Positions 40,659 to 51,304 of a stretch of DNA of 64,000 nt are shown here, one piece after another; position 1 is the first letter of the stretch, and each line of letters starts with the position of its first letter. The stretch lies in NCBI GenBank assembly GCA_044368655.1, contig JBIPPB010000003.1:2067-66066 (forward strand). The letters run 5' to 3'. The notes beneath the pieces were generated by a model that worked only from the letters and a program-made list of their open reading frames with translations, had not been told where the DNA came from and did no database searches. A program made the translations under genes and the position numbers. The stretch is from Chitinophagales bacterium. Lineage in GTDB: Bacteria > Bacteroidota > Bacteroidia > Chitinophagales > JADJOU01.

Positions 40659-41840
40659 ATGAGCCAAAATGCATATATAATAAAAGGATTTCGAACAGCA
40701 GTAGGTAAAGCACAAAAAGGTGGCTTTCGTTTTACAAGTCCTGTAGATTTAGCCAGTGAGGTGATTAATCATATTTTAGCGACTACGCCCGAATTAGACC
40801 CGAAAGATGTTGATGATTTGATTGTAGGTAATGCAGTGCCCGAAGCAGAGCAAGGTTTGCAAATGGCAAGATGGATTTCGGTGCGCTCTAATCTTCCGAT
40901 GAATGTCAGTGGCGTTACGGTGAATCGATATTGTGGTAGTGGTGTTGAAACTATTGCCATGGCGATTGGTAAAATTCAAGCGGGTTTTGCGGATATTATT
41001 ATAGCAGGTGGAACGGAAAGTATGAGTTTGGTACCAACAATGGGTTATAAAACGGTTCCAAATTATGAAATCGCAAAAGAACATCCTGACTATTTTATTG
41101 GTATGGGCTTAACCGCCGAAGAATTGGCGGTAAAATATAATATCAGTAGAGAAGAAGCCGATCAATTTGCGTATGAATCGCATCAAAAAGCAATTAAAGC
41201 AATAGAATCAGGAAAATTTAAAGATGAAATTGTACCTGTAACAATTGAAGAAATATTTTTTGATGGTAAAAAAAGACAAAAGAAATCATATATTGTAGAT
41301 ACGGATGAAGGTCCACGAGCGGATACCAGTTTTGAAGTATTGAGTAAATTAAAGCCTGTTTTTAAACAAGGTGGTCAAGTAACGGCTGGAAATGCCTCTC
41401 AAACCAGTGATGGGGCAAGTTTTGTTTTAGTAGTTAGCGAACGAAAATTAAAAGAATTAGGTTTAACTCCGATTGCTCGAATGGCTGCTTATGCTTCAGC
41501 CGGGGTAAGTCCAAGATATATGGGAATTGGTCCCGTTGAAGCCATTCCGATTGCTTTAAAACAAGCGGGGCTCAAATTAAGCGACCTGAATTTAATTGAA
41601 TTAAATGAGGCGTTTGCTACTCAGAGTTTAGCCGTAATGCAAAATATTCCTGATTTAGATCGAAGTATTGTGAATGTCAATGGTGGCGCGATTGCCTTGG
41701 GGCATCCACTAGGTTGCAGTGGAGCGAAACTATCTGTTCAACTTTTTAATGAGTTAAAACGCAGAAATCAAAAGTATGGAATGGTTACCGCTTGTGTTGG
41801 TGGCGGACAAGGCGTAGCAGGTATTTATGAAATGTTGTAA
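40659..41840 (+). CDS. Acetyl-CoA acyltransferase (thiolase)
   Basis: VNRYCGSG, TAGNAS, ELNEAFA, NGGAIALGHPLG, CVGGGQG. Confidence 0.96.
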   Translation: MSQNAYIIKGFRTAVGKAQKGGFRFTSPVDLASEVINHILATTPELDPKDVDDLIVGNAVPEAEQGLQMARWISVRSNLPMNVSGVTVNRYCGSGVETIAMAIGKIQAGFADIIIAGGTESMSLVPTMGYKTVPNYEIAKEHPDYFIGMGLTAEELAVKYNISREEADQFAYESHQKAIKAIESGKFKDEIVPVTIEEIFFDGKKRQKKSYIVDTDEGPRADTSFEVLSKLKPVFKQGGQVTAGNASQTSDGASFVLVVSERKLKELGLTPIARMAAYASAGVSPRYMGIGPVEAIPIALKQAGLKLSDLNLIELNEAFATQSLAVMQNIPDLDRSIVNVNGGAIALGHPLGCSGAKLSVQLFNELKRRNQKYGMVTACVGGGQGVAGIYEML

Positions 41841-41849
41841 TTCGTTTTA

Positions 41850-42773
41850 TTAAACCGCACTTCGATTTTGAGCTAATAAAAAGGTAACGGCCATCCGAAC
41901 CGCTACGCCATTTTCTACTTGATCTAAAATAATAGATTGATCGCTGTCGGCTACATCCGTACTAATTTCTACACCTCTGTTGATAGGACCTGGGTGCATG
42001 ATGACCGTATCTTTCCCATATGTATCTAACATTTCTTTATTAATTCCAAAATGTTTGGCATATTCGTTTAATGATGGAAAATAAGGCGCGTCGGCGCGCT
42101 CCATCTGGATTCTTAATACGTTAGCAACATTTGCCCATTCTAAAGTACTTTTCACGTCGTAGCTTACACTTACACCCAATGCTTCAATTCCTTTAGGAAT
42201 TAAGGTTGGAGGACCGCATAATCTGACGTTTGCGCCTAACTTAGTAAGACAAAAAATATTGGAAAGTGCGACTCTCGAATGAATGATATCGCCAATAATT
42301 GCTACATTAAGTCCTTTAAATGAATTGAATTTTTCGCGTATCGAAAACGCATCTAAAAGTGCTTGCGTCGGATGTTCGTGCGTGCCGTCTCCAGCATTGA
42401 TGATGCTGGCATCAATATGTTTTGATAAAAAGATCGGTACACCAGGGCTCGAATGTCGAATCACGACCATATCAACTTTCATCGATAAAATATTATGAAC
42501 CGTGTCTAATAGAGTTTCTCCTTTTTTTACCGAAGAGTTTGATGCTGAAAAGTTGAGGACATCCGCTGAAAGTCGCTTTTGGGCTAATTCAAAGGATAAT
42601 TTGGTACGAGTACTGTTTTCAAAAAATAAATTGGCAATAGTAATATCTCTTAAACTAGGAACTTTTTTTATCGGGCGGTTTATAATTTCTTTAAACTGAA
42701 CGGCTTGGTCTAAAATAGTTAAAATTTCTTCGGCCTCTAATGTTTTTATTCCTAATAAATGTTTATGATTCAT
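41850..42773 (-). CDS. pyrB: Aspartate carbamoyltransferase
   Basis: FFENSTRT, HEHPTQALLD, MHPGPINRGVEI. Confidence 0.98.
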   Translation of the reverse strand: MNHKHLLGIKTLEAEEILTILDQAVQFKEIINRPIKKVPSLRDITIANLFFENSTRTKLSFELAQKRLSADVLNFSASNSSVKKGETLLDTVHNILSMKVDMVVIRHSSPGVPIFLSKHIDASIINAGDGTHEHPTQALLDAFSIREKFNSFKGLNVAIIGDIIHSRVALSNIFCLTKLGANVRLCGPPTLIPKGIEALGVSVSYDVKSTLEWANVANVLRIQMERADAPYFPSLNEYAKHFGINKEMLDTYGKDTVIMHPGPINRGVEISTDVADSDQSIILDQVENGVAVRMAVTFLLAQNRSAV

Positions 42774-42776
42774 AAT

Positions 42777-43352
42777 TTAGGGTTCTTGCGATGGGTGATT
42801 CGTTTGAGTGAGATATACTATGCTTTCTTCAATTGGATTTTGAAGCGATACATTTACTTTTTCGGAGTCAATGGAATCGATTGTTTTTCCAACATATTTG
42901 GCTTGAATAGGCATATGACGATGCAATTTTCTATCGATTAATACAAGCAATTCAATGTCGCGAGGTCTTCCGTAGTCGACTAAAGCATCTAAAGCCGAAC
43001 GAATACTTCTACCTGTAAAAAGCACATCATCAATCAAAATAATATTTTTATTTTCGATATTATGAGGCATTTTATTCTCTGAAAGTGTTTGAATGGAATT
43101 TTTTAAATGTAAATCATCGCGATACAACGAGTGGTCTAAAATACCAAAATCAATTTCTTTTTGTAATTTTTGAGAAATAATTTGATGTAGCATTTTTGCT
43201 AAAAGAATTCCTCTTGGTTGAAGACCTACAATAATTGAATTGGAAAAATCATTATGATTTTCAATTAATTGGTAAGCCAACCGATGTATGGTAAGTTTTA
43301 ATTGGTTGGAATTTAAAATTATTTTTGGCTCCAATTTTATTGATTTAGCCAT
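42777..43352 (-). CDS. pyrR: PyrR regulator/uracil phosphoribosyltransferase
   Basis: YRDD, ILIDDVLFTGRSIRSALD, LIDR..R..PI. Confidence 0.93.
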   Translation of the reverse strand: MAKSIKLEPKIILNSNQLKLTIHRLAYQLIENHNDFSNSIIVGLQPRGILLAKMLHQIISQKLQKEIDFGILDHSLYRDDLHLKNSIQTLSENKMPHNIENKNIILIDDVLFTGRSIRSALDALVDYGRPRDIELLVLIDRKLHRHMPIQAKYVGKTIDSIDSEKVNVSLQNPIEESIVYLTQTNHPSQEP

Positions 43353-43783
43353 TTATTAAAAGGAATTCGAGATAAAATCAAAACAAAACTGATTGCGTAA
43401 AAAATTAAATTTGTTTTATTACGAAATGAGTCATCTTGGCTTTTCTTAATTTTAATATATCCAATAGACAAAATTACAATTGCAATAATATTTGTAAATG
43501 GATGTTCGATAAACATTTTACGCAAATCGCTATTTCCCATGATTTCTCCCATTCTTCCAAAAATTGAGGTTCCTCCAAGTACTACCCAGTAGCAAATACC
43601 CAATAAAAGCTGAATGTGTGATGCAATAAATGCAAATTTGGCCAATGTGAATTGCGTATCGGTGTATGTTTTTTTACCAAAGTATCCAATAGCGGCATAT
43701 ATAATGGATATTAAAGTTGTAACTATAAAAACGTATGCAAAAAAAGAATGCAAATTCGCGAAAAGGGATATAAAATTATTCAT
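43337..43783 (-). CDS. Conserved membrane protein
   Basis: Four hydrophobic helices; HS, HIQLLLG, EHP, SRIP motifs. Confidence 0.75.
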   Translation of the reverse strand: MNNFISLFANLHSFFAYVFIVTTLISIIYAAIGYFGKKTYTDTQFTLAKFAFIASHIQLLLGICYWVVLGGTSIFGRMGEIMGNSDLRKMFIEHPFTNIIAIVILSIGYIKIKKSQDDSFRNKTNLIFYAISFVLILSRIPFNKWLNQ

Positions 43784-43836
43784 AACTTTTTAATTTAATG
43801 TTTACAAAAATAGTTATTTTTTTGAGAATTAATAAT

Positions 43837-44718
43837 TTAAACAATCTGTACCACTTTTTTTCGTGCTAAAAGCGTGTTATAAAGTAACATCGTTACGGTC
43901 ATTGGCCCAACACCTCCTGGAACGGGAGTGATAAAACTCGTTTTTGGTGCTACATCTTCAAAATCCACGTCACCTTCTAAATGATAGCCTTTTGTAGAAT
44001 CGTCTGAGACTCTTGTAATACCAACATCTATAACGATAGCGCCTTCTTTTACCATGTCGGCTTTTACCATTTTTGGTTGCCCTATAGCTACGATTAAAAT
44101 GTCGGCTTCGCGCGTATATTTTTCAATATTTTGAGTATGCGAGTTTAAAATCGTAACCGTACAATTTCCAATGGATTTATTTTGACCTAGCATAATACCA
44201 ATTGGTTTACCAACAATATTGCTTCGTCCAACAACCACACATCGTTTTCCTGTTGGGTCTATATTATTTCTTTGAATTAATTTTAAGATGCCATAAGGTG
44301 TTGCGGGCTTGTAACTTGGCAAACCTAGAGCCATTAAACCAAAATTTTGTGGTGTAAATCCATCCACATCTTTTTCAGGATTTATAGTTAAAAGTACTTT
44401 ATTGGCGTCAATATGTTTTGGAAGCGGAAGTTGCACAATAAATCCATCTACCGAATCATCTACATTTAATCTTTTGATTAATCGAATCAATTCATCTTCC
44501 GAAGTTGCGTGGTCTTTTTTGATTAATGTAGATTCAAATCCACATTCTCTACAACTTTTGATTTTGTTATTTACGTATGTTTGGCTTGCACCATCATTTC
44601 CAACTAAAACGGCCACTAAATGAGGAGGTCGTTCTCCTTGTTTAATCATTTCGTCCACATCGTTTCGAATTTCGGCTTTTATCGTTTTCGAAAGTGCTAA
44701 ACCATCTAAAAGTTGCAT
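43837..44718 (-). CDS. folD: Methylene-THF dehydrogenase/cyclohydrolase
   Basis: VQLPLP, KDVDGF, GRSNIVGKP, TPVPGGVGPMT. Confidence 0.98.
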   Translation of the reverse strand: MQLLDGLALSKTIKAEIRNDVDEMIKQGERPPHLVAVLVGNDGASQTYVNNKIKSCRECGFESTLIKKDHATSEDELIRLIKRLNVDDSVDGFIVQLPLPKHIDANKVLLTINPEKDVDGFTPQNFGLMALGLPSYKPATPYGILKLIQRNNIDPTGKRCVVVGRSNIVGKPIGIMLGQNKSIGNCTVTILNSHTQNIEKYTREADILIVAIGQPKMVKADMVKEGAIVIDVGITRVSDDSTKGYHLEGDVDFEDVAPKTSFITPVPGGVGPMTVTMLLYNTLLARKKVVQIV

Positions 44719-44820
44719 GATATTATAATTTTTAAAAGCACAAATATAAACTCAATTTTATTATTTCAAGTCAATTTATGAGAAAAGATATGAATTTATA
44801 ATTCAATCAATAGTTTAATA

Positions 44821-46533
44821 TCAATCAATAATTTTAATATCCTTAATCATTAAATCCAGCGTCACTTTCCCATTATAATGATTTTCTTGTATCGAATAAC
44901 AAATATCTATAGGATTCCTTTTTATGTCATCGATTTGGTACCAATCGGCTAATCCAAAACAAATTCCATTAAAGGTCTTTCCAGATTCGTCTTTAAGGTG
45001 AAATCGAATGTGATTTTTACCAACAATTTTTGTTCCTCCTGCATCTTTCAAATTTTTGGTGACAAAAACAGGCTGCATATTGTGAGGACCAAAAGGTGCC
45101 ATACGATTTAAAATATTAAAAAAAGACATCGTTACTTCGCTAAATAATAGCTCGGCATCAATTTCTATTTCAGGAACAAGCATTTCATTGGTAATAATTT
45201 TTGAAGCTTCATTTTCAAATGTTTTTACAAATTCTTCAAAATTTGCTTTAGGCATCGAAACCCCTGCCGCAAAATCATGTCCACCAAATTGATTGACTAA
45301 ATGTTCGCAAGTTTTAATACCTTGATAAATGCTATATCCTTTAATCGAACGCGCTGAACCTGTTAATACACCATCTGTTTCCGAAAAAATAATGGTGGGT
45401 CTATAAAATTTTTCAACCAAACGGCTTGCTACAATCCCAACAACGCCTTTATGCCAATCTGGGTTATGTAAAACGATGGTTTTTTTATCTCCGATGTTAA
45501 TATCTAATGCAATCGATTCAAGCGCTTCGCTTGTCATTAATTCATCAGTAGCGCGCCTTTTATCGTTAACCAAATTTAAAGATTCCGCCATTCTTCGACC
45601 GATAGAAGGGTCTTCGGAAATCAAAATTTCTACCGAAGCTTTGGCATGAGCCATTCTTCCTGGTGCATTAATTCTAGGACCTAACGAGAATACAACATCA
45701 CTAATTGTAATATTTTTTTCTTCCAGATTTGCCCATTCAATTAAAGATTTTAAACCATTATTTGGATTTTCATTTAGTTTTTTTAAACCAAAATAAGCTA
45801 AAATACGATTTTCGCCAACAATAGGAACAATATCTGAAGCAATAGAAACCGCAACTAAATCAAGCAGTTGATATACTTTTTCTTTTGAGCAATCCCAATG
45901 CATACACAAAGCCTGACAGAGTTTAAATCCAACACCACAGCCACTTAACTCTTTAAATGGATATGGACAATCTACTTGTTTTGGGTCTAAAACAGCAATA
46001 GCATCAGGAATCGTTTCAGAAGGCAAGTGATGGTCGCAGATGATAAAATCAACGCCTACGTTTTTGGCATAAGCTACTTGTTCAATTGCTGTAACTCCAC
46101 AATCGAGAGCGATAATTAATGAAAACTGATTTTCTGCGGCAAAATCAATGCCTTTTAATGAAACACCATAACCTTCTAAATACCGATCTGGAATATAAAA
46201 ATCAATATTTAAATCAAATTCTCTTAAAAAAGAATACATTAAAGCTACTGAAGTCGTTCCATCGACATCGTAATCTCCATAAATGAGAATTTTTTCACCT
46301 TGAGCTCTGGCAATTTCAATTCGTTCTACAGCCGTTTGCATTCCTTTCATTAAAAAAGGATCGTGCAGTTTATCTAAAGTAGGATTGAAGAACTCAGATG
46401 CGTTTTGGGAATCTTCAATGCCTCTTTGAACTAAGATTTGACAAATCTTCTGATGTTTTAATTGTAATTCCTGCTGTAGTTTAATCGTTTTTTCATGGTT
46501 GACATTTTTTAAAGTCCATCTTTTACTTATCAT
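44821..46533 (-). CDS. recJ: ssDNA exonuclease RecJ
   Basis: YGDYDVDG, DHH, GSARS, GGH.FAAG. Confidence 0.97.
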   Translation of the reverse strand: MISKRWTLKNVNHEKTIKLQQELQLKHQKICQILVQRGIEDSQNASEFFNPTLDKLHDPFLMKGMQTAVERIEIARAQGEKILIYGDYDVDGTTSVALMYSFLREFDLNIDFYIPDRYLEGYGVSLKGIDFAAENQFSLIIALDCGVTAIEQVAYAKNVGVDFIICDHHLPSETIPDAIAVLDPKQVDCPYPFKELSGCGVGFKLCQALCMHWDCSKEKVYQLLDLVAVSIASDIVPIVGENRILAYFGLKKLNENPNNGLKSLIEWANLEEKNITISDVVFSLGPRINAPGRMAHAKASVEILISEDPSIGRRMAESLNLVNDKRRATDELMTSEALESIALDINIGDKKTIVLHNPDWHKGVVGIVASRLVEKFYRPTIIFSETDGVLTGSARSIKGYSIYQGIKTCEHLVNQFGGHDFAAGVSMPKANFEEFVKTFENEASKIITNEMLVPEIEIDAELLFSEVTMSFFNILNRMAPFGPHNMQPVFVTKNLKDAGGTKIVGKNHIRFHLKDESGKTFNGICFGLADWYQIDDIKRNPIDICYSIQENHYNGKVTLDLMIKDIKIID

Positions 46534-48181
46534 TTAATTTAACTATTTTCTTACTCCATTTTTGCCCACTTGCATCTTGAATCAAAATTAGATACATTCC
46601 ATTAACACTTGTGCTCAAATCAATATCATCTGAGCTTTTTATTGATTTTTCAATTATTGTTTTACCCAACAAGTCTACAATTTTAACTTCAAAACTATTT
46701 TGATTTTCTGATAAAAATCTCATTGTTCCGTTGGTGTTCCAATATATTTCAAAAGGCATTTTTTGTCCATTTTCAATAATTGAATTGACATTACAACCTA
46801 AAAATCCGCTTTTTGATTCCAAATCTTTAACATATTTGATTACTTTACCTGTATTTAACTTGGCACCACTCACAATTTTATTTTTTAAAAATGACAGCGT
46901 ATCCGAATTTTGGAGTAACATTTGTTTAATTGATAACAAAGACTCTTTTGGATTAGTTTTTATTTTCTCTAAAATAGGTTCGCAAAAATGCGCATACATC
47001 AAAGCAATCGTTCCAGAAACTATGGGTGATGCATAACTATTTTGATTGGATGTAATGCTGCCAAACTGATTATTTCGGATTGTAGAATAACTAGAAGCAT
47101 AAGTAGCTAAATCAATAGTATTCGGTCCAAAAGATTGAATTATTGCGGTATTACTTTCATTGATAGACGTAATTGGTATTAAATAAGGACTTGAACAATT
47201 CGTAGGTAAGTCGCCTAATCCTACTTCAATATTTGTGGTGATATTTTCAGAAGCCGATACACTTAAAATTCCGTAAGTGCCAAGTGAATCATATATTTGG
47301 CACCAAATAGGTTCTTCAGATTCAAAACCTATAGTACCTCCAGATAAATTAGAAACAACAATATAGGCACCTTCCTTTCCATTTGTTTCAAGGTACTTTT
47401 TTTTCATCTTTAAAACGTAATTGTACGACTTGATGATATCGTCAATATTCGATTCTGTTCCTACAATTGGCAGTACTTTAACATGCCCAGCTACTCCGGC
47501 TATTCCGATTTGATTATGAGTTACTGCGGCCGCAATTCCTGAAACCGCCGTGCCGTGAACATTGTGATTGCTCGGCGCTAAATTTCCATTATTTTCTAAT
47601 GCATTCCAGCCTAAATAGTCATCAATGGCTCCATTATTGTCATTATCGATGCCATCGTTTGGAATTTCATTTTTATTTATAAAAAAATCTAAATCGATAT
47701 GGGAACTATCAAAAGATCTATCAATAACCGCAATGACAATCGTGTCGCCTTTTTTTGTTGTTCGAGAAAAGCCGTAATCCCAAGCATTTTTAGCACCTAT
47801 TCCTAAAAAAGTGCCGTTAGGTAGTGTTTTGTAATCCAAATATATTTGCTGAAAAGCTTGTGGGTCGTTTGGTTCAAAAGCCCTGGTTTTAATCGTTTTT
47901 TGAACATATTTCTGTGTTAAAACAATATTTGGATTTTTCTTTAATATATTTAAAACGCGAGAGGAATCTTCAGTCGCAATTTTAAAGGAATAAATATTCA
48001 ATTCTGAGGCAATACAATTAAATTCAATAATTGCAGTAGGTAAGAGATTTTGAATGAAAGTATGATTTACCTTTTTGTTCGTTTGTATCAATATTTTAAA
48101 ATCATTAGAATTCGTTGCCAACAAAAACTGACAAAAAGTCCAAAAAAACAAAATAAAAATAGGTTTTTGATACGATTTCAT
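46523..48181 (-). CDS. Divergent S8 peptidase with T9SS C-terminal domain
   Basis: IAVID, NGIDNDNNG-like Ca loop (PNDGIDNDNNGAIDD), HGTAVSG, NSYASP; DLLGK...GMYLI...KKIVK C-terminal domain. Confidence 0.8.
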   Translation of the reverse strand: MKSYQKPIFILFFWTFCQFLLATNSNDFKILIQTNKKVNHTFIQNLLPTAIIEFNCIASELNIYSFKIATEDSSRVLNILKKNPNIVLTQKYVQKTIKTRAFEPNDPQAFQQIYLDYKTLPNGTFLGIGAKNAWDYGFSRTTKKGDTIVIAVIDRSFDSSHIDLDFFINKNEIPNDGIDNDNNGAIDDYLGWNALENNGNLAPSNHNVHGTAVSGIAAAVTHNQIGIAGVAGHVKVLPIVGTESNIDDIIKSYNYVLKMKKKYLETNGKEGAYIVVSNLSGGTIGFESEEPIWCQIYDSLGTYGILSVSASENITTNIEVGLGDLPTNCSSPYLIPITSINESNTAIIQSFGPNTIDLATYASSYSTIRNNQFGSITSNQNSYASPIVSGTIALMYAHFCEPILEKIKTNPKESLLSIKQMLLQNSDTLSFLKNKIVSGAKLNTGKVIKYVKDLESKSGFLGCNVNSIIENGQKMPFEIYWNTNGTMRFLSENQNSFEVKIVDLLGKTIIEKSIKSSDDIDLSTSVNGMYLILIQDASGQKWSKKIVKLNDK

Positions 48182-48320
48182 ATTGCAAAGGTAAGATTAT
48201 TGATTTTATTAAATGTATTTCTTTTAAAATTTTTATTATTTTTAATCAATTTGCTTTTTTTTTATTTTTTTTGTTCTACATAATTTATCTTTGTGCGGTG
48301 TGTAAAACAAATCAATTACT

Positions 48321-49316
48321 TTGAAAGGATTTCATTTTTTTCTTTTTTTAATTTTAAGCAAGATTATTTTTGCTCAAGATATTCACTTTAGTCATTTTTG
48401 GGATGCGATGCAGTTTCAAAATCCATCTAATATTGGCAATTTTGATGGAACGCACCGTTTTACGGCTATTTATCGTAATCAATGGAATCAATTTGGAACA
48501 CCGCTTCAAACCAGTTATGCTGATTGGGCATTTAAAAAAACATATGAAAATCAAGATTATATTTCGGGAGGTATTTATGTTTTACAAGATAAATTCGACC
48601 TTTTGTTTTACCGACAATATCGTGCTATGGCTACGTTTGCCTACAATAAATTTTTATCAGAAAAAATAAATATTGCTGCGGGTGCACAGTTTGGTTTTAA
48701 AAATACGTCGATTAATTACGATCGGCTTTCTTTTGACAGGCAGTGGGATCCGAGCACTGGAGGCTTTGAGCCATGGAATCCTTCTTTTGAAAATTATATT
48801 AATGAAAATACCGTTCGCCCGTTGCTCAATTTAGGGGTTAGCGCCAATTTTATGATGGGTAAAGTTTTAAACACCTTAGATGTGTCATTGAATCATGTTA
48901 ATCAGCCAAATGATATTTACAATGCGTCCAATTCAAATATTCCAATTAAGTACTCGATCAATTATCATGGATATAAACCATTAGGCGAAGATTGGATGCT
49001 GATGCCAAAAGTTAGTTTTTTATATACTCAAAATGCCAATGCTTTTTTAACTGGTTTTTTATTAAAGACTAAATTAAATCATTTTAATGAATTGTATGGA
49101 GGCGCGATGTATCGCTGGGGCGTAGACCGTAATAGTGATGCCATAGTGCCTGTTTTTGGTGTTAAATTAAATCAGTTCAAGCTCGCTTTATCTATTGACG
49201 TAACCACTTCAGGTTTAAATCAAGAATCCCAAAAAGGTTCCTTGGAGTGTACTTTAGTTTATATTTTAAAACCGGCACAGTTAAGGTACTTCTCGGTGGA
49301 TTGTATGCGGTTGTGA
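48321..49316 (+). CDS. PorP/SprF family T9SS membrane protein
   Basis: AQDIHFSHF..NP, YRNQW, YRWG...DA motifs. Confidence 0.87.
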   Translation: MKGFHFFLFLILSKIIFAQDIHFSHFWDAMQFQNPSNIGNFDGTHRFTAIYRNQWNQFGTPLQTSYADWAFKKTYENQDYISGGIYVLQDKFDLLFYRQYRAMATFAYNKFLSEKINIAAGAQFGFKNTSINYDRLSFDRQWDPSTGGFEPWNPSFENYINENTVRPLLNLGVSANFMMGKVLNTLDVSLNHVNQPNDIYNASNSNIPIKYSINYHGYKPLGEDWMLMPKVSFLYTQNANAFLTGFLLKTKLNHFNELYGGAMYRWGVDRNSDAIVPVFGVKLNQFKLALSIDVTTSGLNQESQKGSLECTLVYILKPAQLRYFSVDCMRL

Positions 49317-49401
49317 TTCGAGAGTTTTTTTAATTTTTCAAAAAGAAACTTAAACTCTTTCTTTTATGTTAAATGGTTAAATTATTTATTTTTACCATTT
49401 T

Positions 49402-49764
49402 ATGCCATTATTATTTGAAAATAAAAATCAAGAAGAGTTACAACTTCTCAAAGAATGGGCTAAAGTAAGGGCTTATATGGAAACGCATTTTGGGAAAAAG
49501 CCTGATATTCAAGGATTCCTTTATTTGATTGGTGTTAATGAGCTTGGTTTTGTTCGTGAATTTGAAAAAGAAGAAAAACAGGATTTGATTCATATTGGGT
49601 TATGTAAAGTTTTAGAAGGCGAATTTTATGATTTTACTCATACCGATTCTGATGGATGGCCGCATTATACTTGTATAAAGCCTGTGCCCGAAATGTTTAT
49701 AAAAATGCAAGAACAAACCTTAAAGTCAAAAATTGTGAACTATTTTAATACGTATATTTTTTAA
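49402..49764 (+). CDS. Conserved hypothetical protein
   Basis: FGKKPD..FLYLIGVNELG...KEEKQDL.H.G.C...D.DGWPH pattern. Confidence 0.75.
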   Translation: MPLLFENKNQEELQLLKEWAKVRAYMETHFGKKPDIQGFLYLIGVNELGFVREFEKEEKQDLIHIGLCKVLEGEFYDFTHTDSDGWPHYTCIKPVPEMFIKMQEQTLKSKIVNYFNTYIF

Positions 49765-49773
49765 AATTCAAGT

Positions 49774-51012
49774 ATGAATCGTTTAATTACAATATCGATA
49801 TTTTTTATTCTTTATTTCTTATTGGAATGGTATGGATATCAATCGATTAAAACGGTTTTTAAAACTTCGAAATACAAAGAAATTGCGACTTATGTCTATT
49901 TTGGCATTACGATTTTTTTTCTTTTTCTAATTATTTTTTCGATTTATTCAAGAATAAATAGTGTAACCATTCCATTTCAAAATTATCTTTCAGCTATTTT
50001 GTTAGGCATTTTAATTGGGAAATTACTTTTATGTATTTTTCTTGGTATTGAGGATCTCGCTAGAGTAATGCGCTATGGATTTTCAAAGTACAGTTATTCA
50101 CAAACTCCTCCAATTCAAAATATCGATCGAAGTCAGTTTTTAAATAGTCTTTTTTTGATTTTCACATCCTTGCCTTTAGCTGCTTTTTGTTATGGCGTTT
50201 TTAAGACGGCTTATGATTATAAAATTCATCGAAAAAAAATATTTTTTGACAAATTGCCCAAGGCATTTGATGGGCTTAGGATTGTTCAAATTTCAGATGT
50301 TCACGCGGGCAGTTTAAATGATTATAAAGCATTGAATAGTGCAGTAGAAAAAATAAATGAACTTGAAGCCGACTTGTTTTTTTTTACTGGAGATTTGGTT
50401 AATAATATTGCAAGTGAATTTACCGAAAAAATAGAGATTTTTAAGAATATTAAAGCCACAATTGGTAAATTTTCCATTCTGGGAAATCATGATTATGGTG
50501 ATTATTATATGTGGAACAGCCCTGATGAAAAAGTTGCAAATTTAGATTTGTTAAAGTCGTATCATAAACAAATTGATTGGAAACTTTTACTGAACGAACA
50601 CGTTTCAATTACTAAAAATGAATCTAAAATTGAAATTATTGGCGTTGAAAATTGGAGTGGAAAATTGCGATTTAAGCAATATGGTGATTTGAAAATAGCA
50701 TACGAAGGGTTAGAAAAAGAGGCTTTTAAGATTTTATTATCACATGATCCAAGCCATTGGGATATTGAAGTAGCCGAAATGTATAATGACATTGATTTAA
50801 CTTTAAGTGGCCATACGCATGGCATGCAGTTTGGTGTCGAAACAAAATGGTTCCGTTTTAGCCCTGTTCAGTTTGTTTATAAACATTGGGCTGGATTATA
50901 CCAAAAAGGTAAGCAATATTTATATGTCAATCGAGGGTTTGGATTTATTGGTTATCAAGGTCGTGTTGGTATCCGCCCCGAAATCACGTTGATCGAACTT
51001 TACAGTAAATAA
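49774..51012 (+). CDS. Membrane-anchored metallophosphoesterase
   Basis: N-terminal transmembrane segments; SDVH, TGDLVN, GNHDY, LSHDP, GHTHG. Confidence 0.93.
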   Translation: MNRLITISIFFILYFLLEWYGYQSIKTVFKTSKYKEIATYVYFGITIFFLFLIIFSIYSRINSVTIPFQNYLSAILLGILIGKLLLCIFLGIEDLARVMRYGFSKYSYSQTPPIQNIDRSQFLNSLFLIFTSLPLAAFCYGVFKTAYDYKIHRKKIFFDKLPKAFDGLRIVQISDVHAGSLNDYKALNSAVEKINELEADLFFFTGDLVNNIASEFTEKIEIFKNIKATIGKFSILGNHDYGDYYMWNSPDEKVANLDLLKSYHKQIDWKLLLNEHVSITKNESKIEIIGVENWSGKLRFKQYGDLKIAYEGLEKEAFKILLSHDPSHWDIEVAEMYNDIDLTLSGHTHGMQFGVETKWFRFSPVQFVYKHWAGLYQKGKQYLYVNRGFGFIGYQGRVGIRPEITLIELYSK

Positions 51013-51089
51013 AATCCGAAAGTAAATATAAAATAGGTTTATTTAATTAATTCTTTTGTATTTTTGCCAAATCATTAAATGAATCAGTT

Positions 51090-51296
51090 ATGTATTTAAT
51101 AGGATTGCCATCAGGTGGCGAATGGATAATTATACTTTTTGCTATATTACTACTTTTTGGAGGTAAAAAAATTCCTGAATTAATGCGTGGTGTAGGTAAA
51201 GGAATTCGCGAGTTTAATAGCGCTAAAGCGTCTATTTCCGATGAGATTGAAAAAGGAATCAAAGAAGACGAAAAAGAAAAAGAATACAAAAACTAG
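51090..51296 (+). CDS. tatA: Twin-arginine translocase TatA/E
   Basis: LLLFGGKKIPELMRGVGKGIREF. Confidence 0.95.
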   Translation: MYLIGLPSGGEWIIILFAILLLFGGKKIPELMRGVGKGIREFNSAKASISDEIEKGIKEDEKEKEYKN

Positions 51297-51304
51297 GATT
51301 AATT

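Noticed and set aside
42777-43400. PyrR attenuator RNA upstream of pyrR-pyrB
   Set aside because: The pyrR start overlaps the upstream gene; no leader or terminator hairpin is visible.
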